From positions 47,558 through 111,557 of the forward strand of contig CACBYV010000004.1 of assembly GCA_902543575.1 (NCBI GenBank): DNA of 64,000 nt. The letters run 5' to 3'. The stretch comes from an uncultured Pelagibacteraceae bacterium. Lineage in GTDB: Bacteria; Pseudomonadota; Alphaproteobacteria; Pelagibacterales; Pelagibacteraceae. The notes below the pieces were generated by a model. It made no database searches. It was given only the letters and a program-made list of their open reading frames with translations, and had not been told where the DNA came from. A program made the position numbers and the translations under genes. Positions 1 through 7,855 of the stretch are shown in pieces (the stretch's first letter is position 1; every line of letters begins with the position of its first letter).

Positions 1-125
1 GCATCATCCTCGTTTTCAAAAGGCTGATTAAAAATTTGAAATTCATATTTTGAAGATAATTTTTTAAGATCAATAAAATCTTTTGCAATATTTTGATAAT
101 CGTCGAGTACAGCTACTTTATGCAT
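1..125 (-). CDS. partial CDS (N-terminus only): putative D-isomer-specific 2-hydroxyacid dehydrogenase family protein
   Basis: Minus-strand ATG at 125-123 reads MHKVAVLDDYQNIAKDFIDLKKL... and runs off the window. The xKxAVLDDYQ N-terminus is typical of this family. Only ~41 codons are visible. It overlaps the stop of the upstream gene by 8 nt. Confidence 0.4.
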   Translation of the reverse strand, partial: MHKVAVLDDYQNIAKDFIDLKKLSSKYEFQIFNQPFENEDD

Positions 126-1023
126 TTTTTTTGTTTGAAAGTAATATCCCTGAAATAATAAATATTCCACCGATATAATGATAAAATAATAATACCTCAT
201 CAAATATTATCATTGCAAGAATTGCTGCAAGAATTGGCATTAAATGTAAATAAATTCCTGCCCTATTAGCACCTATTAAAGCAACACCTTTTATCCAGAA
301 AAAGAAAGAAATGATACCAGGCAACAAAACAACATAAGATAAAACAAGAATGAAATTTGTATTAATTGTAATTCGATTACCAATGTAAATATAATCTATT
401 GCATACATTGGAATAAGAAATATTACACCAAGACCAATAACAACTTGAAGTAAAGTTATGGGAGATAATCCATAATTTTTTTTCTTTAAAAGAGCTGAGT
501 ATAGTGACCAGGATATCATTGCAAATAATGCAAATAAATCTCCTTTTTCAAAAGCTAAATTTTTAAAGACTTCAAAATCTGCTTTTGAAATTATAAATAA
601 TACACCCAACAAAGAAAATACAACTCCCAATACTTGAAAGGTATTTGTTTTTTCTATTTTTAAAATTATAGAAAATAAAATGATCATAACTGGAACAGTT
701 GAAATCATGAGCACACCCGTAATTACTTGTGTAGTTTTTAAAGAATAAAAAAGTGCTGAATTAAAAATACTGACTGCTGTTATCCCTAGAAAACATAAAA
801 GATAAATATTTTTAAAAATTAATTCTTTTTTTTCAATCATCTCTTTGTAAGTAATAGGTAGTAAAATTAGAAACGCTAATGACCACCTTAATATATTTAA
901 TGATATTGGGGGTATTTCATTTAAACCTGCTATTTTTCCAACAATAAAATTTCCTGACCAAAACAAAGCTGCCAAAAAAAGCAAAATCGATGCAATTATA
1001 ATATTACTTTTATTTTCAAGCAT
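118..1023 (-). CDS. EamA/DMT-superfamily permease (substrate unknown)
   Basis: 301 aa, about 10 hydrophobic helices in two halves, with composition and length typical of EamA/RhaT drug-metabolite transporters. Confidence 0.75.
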   Translation of the reverse strand: MLENKSNIIIASILLFLAALFWSGNFIVGKIAGLNEIPPISLNILRWSLAFLILLPITYKEMIEKKELIFKNIYLLCFLGITAVSIFNSALFYSLKTTQVITGVLMISTVPVMIILFSIILKIEKTNTFQVLGVVFSLLGVLFIISKADFEVFKNLAFEKGDLFALFAMISWSLYSALLKKKNYGLSPITLLQVVIGLGVIFLIPMYAIDYIYIGNRITINTNFILVLSYVVLLPGIISFFFWIKGVALIGANRAGIYLHLMPILAAILAMIIFDEVLLFYHYIGGIFIISGILLSNKKNA

Positions 1024-1050
1024 TAAATAGACTACTATAAAAGAGTGCTT

Positions 1051-2292
1051 TTAACTAAACCTTATTGAACTGTATGGTTGTAGATCTAAGTTAGTATTCT
1101 CACCTGAGATCATTTTAGATATGATTTTTCCTGATATTGCGCCAAGTGTCCAACCTAGGTGATGATGACCAAATGAATAAAAAACATTTTTATAATTTTT
1201 TGAAGGACCTAGAACTGGGAGAAAATCTGGCAACGTGGGTCTAAAACCAAGCCACTCATCTTTATGCTCTGGTAAACCATCTAGCATATCCTTTGCATTT
1301 AATATTAAGTTTTTTATTCTCGATTTAGATGGAGAGTTTTCTAAACCTCCGAATTCTACTGTTCCAACAACACGCAATCCCTGTTCCATTGGTGTCATTC
1401 CAAAACCTCTATTTGCATATACAATAGGTCTTGAAATTAAATGGTCGTAATCTTTAAAGTGAACATGGTAGCCTCTTTCAGTATCTAAAGGAATATTTTC
1501 ATGTAATTTATCAGTTAATCTTTTTGAAAATGCTCCGCATGCAATGACTAGTTTATCAAAAATAAATCTTTGCGTTTCTGTTCTAAGAACTGGTTTTTCT
1601 TCATCGAAATCTATATCTTGAATATTTAATTTTAAAAATTTTCCACCTTTATTTACAAAATTTTCAAATAATTTTATTAAAATTTTTCTTGGATTTCTTG
1701 CATGCCTTGCATAATCATAAAATACACCACCATGATAAAACGGTTTTAAGTTTGGTTCTAAATCATGAATTTCTTTTTTATTAACTAATTGTTGTTTTAC
1801 TCCTAACTGATCTCTAATTCTAATTTCCAATTCTCTACTCTTCATATTTTGATCAGTCCAAACATAAAGAATTCCGTTATTTTCAACTAACCCGCCTAAA
1901 TCTATTTCATCAAATAGTTCATCAAAAGCTGGTAATGATTGATCTAAAATTTGATGCATATTTTTTGCTGTATGCATCATTTTTTCTTCCCTACAATTTA
2001 AGATAAATCTTGCAAACCAAGGGATCATTTTAGGTACATAGTTCCATTTTAAAGCCAAAGGACCTCTCGAGCTTATTAACATCGAAGGAACATCTGCTAT
2101 GACATCCGGTCTGTTTAAAGGAACGGACGCATAAGGAGAAAAGTGACCAGCATTTCCATATGATGCTGCGCTTCCTGGTTCTTCTCTATCAAAAAGTGTT
2201 ACTTGATAACCTTTTTTTTGTAAAAACAAAGCATTACAAACACCTTGTATGCCAGCACCAACAATTCCAATTTTTAGATTTTTTTCATCCAC
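1051..2292 (-). CDS. FAD-dependent oxidoreductase, DAO family (D-amino-acid dehydrogenase-like)
   Basis: 413 aa. N-terminal Rossmann motif KIGIVGAGIQG followed by LFDRE. Length and C-terminal GHHHLGWTLG region resemble DadA/DAO enzymes. Confidence 0.8.
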   Translation of the reverse strand: MDEKNLKIGIVGAGIQGVCNALFLQKKGYQVTLFDREEPGSAASYGNAGHFSPYASVPLNRPDVIADVPSMLISSRGPLALKWNYVPKMIPWFARFILNCREEKMMHTAKNMHQILDQSLPAFDELFDEIDLGGLVENNGILYVWTDQNMKSRELEIRIRDQLGVKQQLVNKKEIHDLEPNLKPFYHGGVFYDYARHARNPRKILIKLFENFVNKGGKFLKLNIQDIDFDEEKPVLRTETQRFIFDKLVIACGAFSKRLTDKLHENIPLDTERGYHVHFKDYDHLISRPIVYANRGFGMTPMEQGLRVVGTVEFGGLENSPSKSRIKNLILNAKDMLDGLPEHKDEWLGFRPTLPDFLPVLGPSKNYKNVFYSFGHHHLGWTLGAISGKIISKMISGENTNLDLQPYSSIRFS

Positions 2293-2364
2293 ATTGTAAA
2301 TATATTTTCTAAGATTTGCTTATTATATATGATATTTGATCGCGGGTTTATTTTACTTAGATTA

Positions 2365-4515
2365 TTATTTACCTATAGATATTAAGGTTAAGTCGTCACT
2401 TAGCTTTTTATCGCCAGCAGTATTAATTACCGTATTTGATATATCTGATAATTGTTTGCTAGAATCTGTGTTAAAATTCTGCTCTATTATTTTTAATGAT
2501 CCATCTATTCCTATTTCTTCACCTGAACTATTTAAGCTTTCAGATAAACCATCAGTAAATGCATAAAACCTGTTATTTTCTAGCTTAACTTTGTGAGTTG
2601 TATAGACCGATTTATCCTTTTGAAGTATTACGCCCATAGGTGGTGAATTACTCTCAAATTGTTCATAACTTCCGGATGATGATCTAATTATAGCTGGCTG
2701 ATGACCACCATTTACCCATCTTAATTCATCAGTCCTCATATTATATTCTCCCAATATACTAGTAACAAACATACCTCCAGTTTTAGTTAAAAATAGGTCA
2801 TTATTCATATGAAACATCATTTCATCTGGATCTACTTGATCTCTAGACATAATCTCAAATAAAGTTGATGCTTTTGCCATCACCATTCCAGCATGAATTC
2901 CTTTCCCCGCAACATCTGCAATAATGAAGTAAACACTATCATTATGAGGATAAAAGCTGAAGAAGTCTCCAGAAACTTCTCTAGCAGCAATATTAATTCC
3001 ATGCACTGGGTAATTTTCTAAATTTCTTTTTGGTAAAAAGTTTTCTTGGACTTTTACTGCAAGTTTTACTTCATTTGAAATTCTGTCTCTCCACACTTTC
3101 CTTTCGGCTTCACTGGTTTCTAGTTTGTTCATTAATCTATTATAATAAAGACCGATTACGCCCCCAGCGGTAAATGGATCTTGAGGGCCTCTGATTGTTA
3201 AATCACCAGACTCAGATTGTTTTTCTAAAATTGTAATTAAATCATGTTCTACAGAAGTTGCATTGTGTTCTGCAATATTAAGCCCTAGCTCTTCATGCAG
3301 TGGACTTACTCTCAATGGATAAATGTAATTTAAAATTTTTAATAAAATATATGAACCAAAAAATGAAAATACACCAATTGAAACAATTCCAATAAATTGT
3401 ACTTTAATTTGTTCTAGTCTAGATAGTCCTGTTCCTAAAATTTCAAGATCACTAAACAAACCTACAGCAATAGTGCCCCAAACACCTGCTGCCAAATGAA
3501 CAGGCACGGCACCAACAACATCATCTATTTCAAATTTATTTAAAAATTCATTTACAAAAATTGCAACTACCGCTCCAATAATTCCAACGAATATTGAAGT
3601 CACTGATGTCATAGAATTACATCCTGCTGTGATTGCAACTAATCCTGCGAGTGGTCCAAGAATTACATAATAAGGATCTGGTTTTTTAAATAATGCAAAT
3701 GAAATTCCAAGACCCGTCAGTAATCCAAAAGAAGCAGCAAGAAATGTATTTATTAAAATTAGAGGAACAGCTTCATCCATTGCACCATTACTTCCACCAT
3801 TAAATCCAAACCATCCAAACCATAAAATTAAAGTTCCCAAAACTGCCAGAGGGAAACTTGAGCCTGTAAATTTTCCTTTATTTGCATCTGAATATTTTCC
3901 TATTCTCGGACCTAAAATTAAAACAGCTGATAAAGCAATCCAACCACCTACAGAATGAACTATTGTGCTTCCAGCAAAATCAACAAATCCAATATCTGTC
4001 AACCATCCAGTTGTTTTAACTTGTCCAGTTACTGCAAGTAATTGTCTTGTAGCATCAATATTATTTAAATAACTAGATGACCATGCCCAATGTCCAACAA
4101 TTGGATATATAATTCCTGTAGCTATAATTGTAATTATTAAATATCCGTTAAATTTCATTCTTTCAGCAACAGCACCTGAAACAATTGTTGCTGCTGTTGC
4201 AACAAACATTGCTTGAAAGACAAAGTAAGTCATGTATTCAGCTTGATCGGTTTTAAAAAAGAATAAATCAGTTCCAAAATAACCATTAAAACTTTTTCCA
4301 AACATTAAACCGAAACCAAATAGCCAAAAAATTACAACTGCAAGACCAAAGTCAGCAGCATTTTTAAGAGCAACGTTAATGCTATTTTTGTGCCTTGAGA
4401 GACCTGTTTCCATACACATAAAACCTGCTTGCATAATGAAAACAAGAATTGCACAATCTATAACCCAAAGGGTATCAACAAATGATTTTACTGACTCCAG
4501 ATCAACACTCTCCAT
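2365..4515 (-). CDS. ammonium transporter (Amt) domain fused to a PP2C/SpoIIE (RsbU-type) serine phosphatase domain
   Basis: 716 aa. N-terminal ~410 aa carry Amt signatures (MQAGFMCMETG, DFAGSTIVHSVGGW, AVPVHLAAGVWG). C-terminal ~220 aa carry PP2C/SpoIIE signatures (SGDFFSFY, IADVAGKGIHAG, GGMFVTS, FTDGLSES, DDLTLISIGK). Single uninterrupted frame. Confidence 0.85.
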   Translation of the reverse strand: MESVDLESVKSFVDTLWVIDCAILVFIMQAGFMCMETGLSRHKNSINVALKNAADFGLAVVIFWLFGFGLMFGKSFNGYFGTDLFFFKTDQAEYMTYFVFQAMFVATAATIVSGAVAERMKFNGYLIITIIATGIIYPIVGHWAWSSSYLNNIDATRQLLAVTGQVKTTGWLTDIGFVDFAGSTIVHSVGGWIALSAVLILGPRIGKYSDANKGKFTGSSFPLAVLGTLILWFGWFGFNGGSNGAMDEAVPLILINTFLAASFGLLTGLGISFALFKKPDPYYVILGPLAGLVAITAGCNSMTSVTSIFVGIIGAVVAIFVNEFLNKFEIDDVVGAVPVHLAAGVWGTIAVGLFSDLEILGTGLSRLEQIKVQFIGIVSIGVFSFFGSYILLKILNYIYPLRVSPLHEELGLNIAEHNATSVEHDLITILEKQSESGDLTIRGPQDPFTAGGVIGLYYNRLMNKLETSEAERKVWRDRISNEVKLAVKVQENFLPKRNLENYPVHGINIAAREVSGDFFSFYPHNDSVYFIIADVAGKGIHAGMVMAKASTLFEIMSRDQVDPDEMMFHMNNDLFLTKTGGMFVTSILGEYNMRTDELRWVNGGHQPAIIRSSSGSYEQFESNSPPMGVILQKDKSVYTTHKVKLENNRFYAFTDGLSESLNSSGEEIGIDGSLKIIEQNFNTDSSKQLSDISNTVINTAGDKKLSDDLTLISIGK

Positions 4516-4578
4516 CTTTTCCTCTAAGTTATTATAAAAAAGTATACATCATAGATAATAGATGCTCAAAATAGGTTA

Positions 4579-4824
4579 TTATTCTTTTTTCTTCCAAATA
4601 TAATAGAATATATAAGGAGATACAGCTGGGACTATCCCAAACCAAAACCATTCGTCCCATCTAAAGCTTTTATCTAGCATTGGACTTTTTAATCCATTCC
4701 ACCATGTTAAATAACCAATTAGAATTATCCAAGCTAAACTTATAGTTAAATAAATTTGAAAGTTTTTTGGTAAACCTCCAGAAAAGACTACTTTTACTTT
4801 TTCTAAAATTTCTTGGTAATTCAT
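4579..4824 (-). CDS. small Trp-rich membrane protein, unknown function
   Basis: 81 aa with two hydrophobic helices (IYLTISLAWIILIGYL, WFWFGIVPAVSPYIFYYIW). Lies 7 nt downstream of the second pilin gene on the same strand. No recognisable family. Confidence 0.45.
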   Translation of the reverse strand: MNYQEILEKVKVVFSGGLPKNFQIYLTISLAWIILIGYLTWWNGLKSPMLDKSFRWDEWFWFGIVPAVSPYIFYYIWKKKE

Positions 4825-4831
4825 AAAATCT

Positions 4832-5245
4832 CTAACAATTAGTTCTTACAAAAGTACCAATTGCTGTCATTGTTATTTGACAACTTCCACCAGTTTCTTT
4901 TGCAAAGACTTTAAAATTTGTTGCATCATTAGCAATACAAAGCTCATATCCCATTTCTTGAGTAATACTATCCGTGCCACCCAATAAATTAGTTTCTATT
5001 GCTGTTGAAGTCGAAGATGTTGGTGAGCATGATGTGCCGGTGCTATTTCTATAATACATACCATTATCAGAATAGTACTCTGTTTGGCCTAATGAGATTT
5101 GTTGCATAACATTTTCGGCGGATCTTTTTTTTGCAGAACTTACATATCCATTGTAGCTAACAATGCCTACCGCAGCTATTATTCCCAAAATTGCAACAAC
5201 CACCAAAAGCTCAATGAGGGTGAACCCTGAGCTTTTGGAAGTCAT
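4832..5245 (-). CDS. type IV pilin-like protein (second pilin paralog)
   Basis: 137 aa. Class III signal MTSKSSG|FTLIELLVVVAILGIIAAVG with Glu at +5. Cys pairs in the C-terminal half. Confidence 0.85.
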   Translation of the reverse strand: MTSKSSGFTLIELLVVVAILGIIAAVGIVSYNGYVSSAKKRSAENVMQQISLGQTEYYSDNGMYYRNSTGTSCSPTSSTSTAIETNLLGGTDSITQEMGYELCIANDATNFKVFAKETGGSCQITMTAIGTFVRTNC

Positions 5246-5267
5246 AAAATTTTATTCAGATTAAAAA

Positions 5268-5738
5268 TTACTCAACAGTAATTGTTTTTTCTAAAACATT
5301 CCCTGAAGTTGAACATTCAGAATCTACTGTAAAGCAAGTCTTTACATCAATTGAAGTTGTCGAAGCTGCATTTAAATTAACATATCCACCAGTTCCAGTT
5401 GAAGTGCTACTTCTTACTGCCAAAGCACTAGTTGCGTATGGATTTTTAAAATCAGCGAAGGGTCCGTCAGTTGCTGTAGCTGCAGTAATAACTTTAGCTG
5501 CTGTCTTACCGCTGCAAGTTAATTTACCCCCCATAGCTGTGCTTTCACCTAAATTACATTTTTGTAATTCAGCAGAAATATATTTAACAACGTTTGCATG
5601 GGTTGATTTTGCTGCTTGTTTTTTAGCTCCTGATGTGTAGCCAGAGTATGCAACAACACCAACTGCTGCAAGAATACCGATAATTGCTACTACGACTAAT
5701 AATTCTATAAGTGTGAAACCTTTATTATTTTTTTTCAT
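5268..5738 (-). CDS. pilA: type IVa major pilin
   Basis: 156 aa. Leader MKKNNKG|FTLIELLVVVAIIGILAAVG with Glu+5. C-terminal Cys-x7-Cys loop (KTCFTVDSEC). First gene of the pilin pair. Confidence 0.85.
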   Translation of the reverse strand: MKKNNKGFTLIELLVVVAIIGILAAVGVVAYSGYTSGAKKQAAKSTHANVVKYISAELQKCNLGESTAMGGKLTCSGKTAAKVITAATATDGPFADFKNPYATSALAVRSSTSTGTGGYVNLNAASTTSIDVKTCFTVDSECSTSGNVLEKTITVE

Positions 5739-5764
5739 AAGTTAAGATCCTATAATTAATAAAA

Positions 5765-5780
5765 ATATGTGTATACATAT
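5765..5780. repeat. 16-nt near-perfect palindrome ATATGTGTATACATAT in the pilA / STAS divergent intergenic region
   Basis: Read directly: 7 of 8 mirrored pairs are complementary. Function (operator?) is unproven, and AT-rich palindromes are common by chance here. Confidence 0.5.
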
Positions 5781-5879
5781 AAATTATATCTTTTAAAAGG
5801 CAATATCTATACTGTAATAGTATTCAAAATGGGTCATTTTTGTTGATTTAGCAAGGAAATTTAATAAATATTAATATTT

Positions 5880-6179
5880 ATGTCATATAAAGTTACAGAA
5901 GAGGGCAACATATCAACGGTTCACCTAGATGGTGAAATAGATATGGACGTAACTGAAAAAGCAAAAGAGATAATAATGCCTTTAATTGAGGCAAAAAAAG
6001 AAGTTCATCTTAATTTAAAAGAAGTTCAATACATGGACTCGTCTGGAATATCAGTTTTAATTGAAAGTCACCAAAAAGCAACTGAACTTGGAACAAAAGT
6101 TATTCTGAAAGAGATAAGTAAATCAGTTTTAAAAGTAATTATGATGGCAAAATTAGAACAAATTTTAAACTTGGACTAA
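5880..6179 (+). CDS. STAS-domain anti-sigma-factor antagonist (RsbV/SpoIIAA-like)
   Basis: 99 aa. Conserved YMDSSGISVL motif; the phospho-acceptor-equivalent Ser54 codon is at 6039-6041. Immediately followed by an RsbW-like kinase gene. Confidence 0.85.
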   Translation: MSYKVTEEGNISTVHLDGEIDMDVTEKAKEIIMPLIEAKKEVHLNLKEVQYMDSSGISVLIESHQKATELGTKVILKEISKSVLKVIMMAKLEQILNLD

Positions 6180-6182
6180 TTA

Positions 6183-6614
6183 ATGAATGTAGCGATCAAA
6201 TCTATAAAAGAACAAAGGGATTTTGTAGTAAGTTCTTCGAGTTTGAAGCAGGTTAGATCATTCTCAAGAGAAGTATTTGAAAAAGTAAATATTGATCAAG
6301 ATTTAAAAGACGAGTTAGTTTTAGCTATTGCAGAGGCTGCACAAAATATTGTCAAACATGCATATCAAGGTGAAGATACAGATGACAAAATGGAGATTAA
6401 AATTTCATTAGAAAAAGGACATCTTGAGATTGGTTTTTTTGACAAAGGAAGACCCGTAGAAGAAAAAAATGTAAGACATAGAAAAATTGATGATATTAAA
6501 CCAGGTGGATTAGGAACTTTTTTTATTCAACAAATAATGGATGCAGTAGTTTTTAAAGAAGGTGAGAAGCCATGGATAAATCATTTAGTCTTAACTAAAA
6601 ATTTAAACTCTTAA
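6183..6614 (+). CDS. anti-sigma regulatory serine kinase (RsbW/SpoIIAB-like GHKL ATPase)
   Basis: 143 aa. N-box AEAAQNIVKHAY, G1-like FFDKGRP, G2 box KPGGLGTFFIQQIMD. 3-nt gap after the STAS gene. Confidence 0.8.
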   Translation: MNVAIKSIKEQRDFVVSSSSLKQVRSFSREVFEKVNIDQDLKDELVLAIAEAAQNIVKHAYQGEDTDDKMEIKISLEKGHLEIGFFDKGRPVEEKNVRHRKIDDIKPGGLGTFFIQQIMDAVVFKEGEKPWINHLVLTKNLNS

Positions 6615-7852
6615 CCGCCAATAATTGCACCAACATTAAAGATTGGTGAATACATGGCGATCATCAATCCACCAATCATTGTTCCCATAAATACAATCAT
6701 GATCGGTTCAATTAAGCTAGACATATTGTCTACCGCTGTATCAAATTCCTCTTCATAGTAAGAAGATACTGAAGTAAACATTTCATCTAAATTTCCTGTT
6801 TGCTCACCAACAGAAATTAGCTGACTGAAGGTAGGTGGAAAAACTGGTTCTTTTAAAAATAATTTTGTAAGTGTGTCTCCTGAAAAAACTCCTTTTTTAA
6901 CATTTTCTAATGCTTGAGTTACAACATCGTTATTACTTACTTGTTTAGCGATTTCTATACTTTCTAAAAGGTTTACCCCTGCTGCACTAAGATTACCCAT
7001 TATTAATGCAATTCTAGCAATCAATGATTTTAAAATCATATCGCCAAAAACTGGCATTTTTAAAACTCGTTGGTGCCACTTGTATCTAATTGTAGGAATT
7101 TTAGTTGTAGTATATTTAAATATAACAAAACCTATTATTGATACTATTCCGAGTGTTAGTCCACCAGCACCTCTCATAAAATTACTTGCATTCATAATGA
7201 CAGCTGTTGGGGTAGGTAATGCAACACCCATTCCCTCATACATTTCAGCAAAAACTGGAACAACTTTAATTAACATGAACACCATGACAGTTATCGCAAC
7301 CGTAAACATAACTACTGGATAGGTTAATGCACTTTTAATTTTCTTTTTAACTTTTTCTCTTTTTTCTAATGAATCTACTAATTTTAATAGGAAATCATCA
7401 AGTTTACCGCTGGCCTCTCCAGCTTTAATCAAATTTATATAAATATTATCAAATATCTTTGGATATTTTTCAAAACATTTAGAAAGAGTTATACCACCTT
7501 CTAAACTTTTTCTAATATCTTCAATAATTTCTTTCATAGTAGGGTGTTCTATTTGGTCTCTAAGCATCGTTAAAACATTTAAAATTGGCAAACCTGCTTT
7601 TACCATTGTTGCAAATTGCTTAGAGAAAAGCATTACATCTGCTGGAGTGACTTTTTTCTTACCAAAAGAAAAGCCACTTTTTTTGCCCTTTTCTTTTTCG
7701 GCTTTTTTCTTTTTAACTTTGATTAAGTTTGTAATTATTATTTTTTGTTCTTTAAGTTTAAAAGAGGCTTCTTCTTGATTTATAGCCTCTATTTCACCTT
7801 CAATATATTTACCTGCAGATATTCCTTTATAAGAAAAAGTTTCGGCTGACAT
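6611..7852 (-). CDS. pilC: type IV pilus platform protein PilC (GspF family)
   Basis: 413 aa. Duplicated GspF-type cytoplasmic domains with three TM segments, C-terminal EPIMIVFMGTMIGGLMIAMYSPIF motif. Adjacent to pilB. Confidence 0.9.
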   Translation of the reverse strand: MSAETFSYKGISAGKYIEGEIEAINQEEASFKLKEQKIIITNLIKVKKKKAEKEKGKKSGFSFGKKKVTPADVMLFSKQFATMVKAGLPILNVLTMLRDQIEHPTMKEIIEDIRKSLEGGITLSKCFEKYPKIFDNIYINLIKAGEASGKLDDFLLKLVDSLEKREKVKKKIKSALTYPVVMFTVAITVMVFMLIKVVPVFAEMYEGMGVALPTPTAVIMNASNFMRGAGGLTLGIVSIIGFVIFKYTTTKIPTIRYKWHQRVLKMPVFGDMILKSLIARIALIMGNLSAAGVNLLESIEIAKQVSNNDVVTQALENVKKGVFSGDTLTKLFLKEPVFPPTFSQLISVGEQTGNLDEMFTSVSSYYEEEFDTAVDNMSSLIEPIMIVFMGTMIGGLMIAMYSPIFNVGAIIGG

Positions 7853-7855
7853 TTG

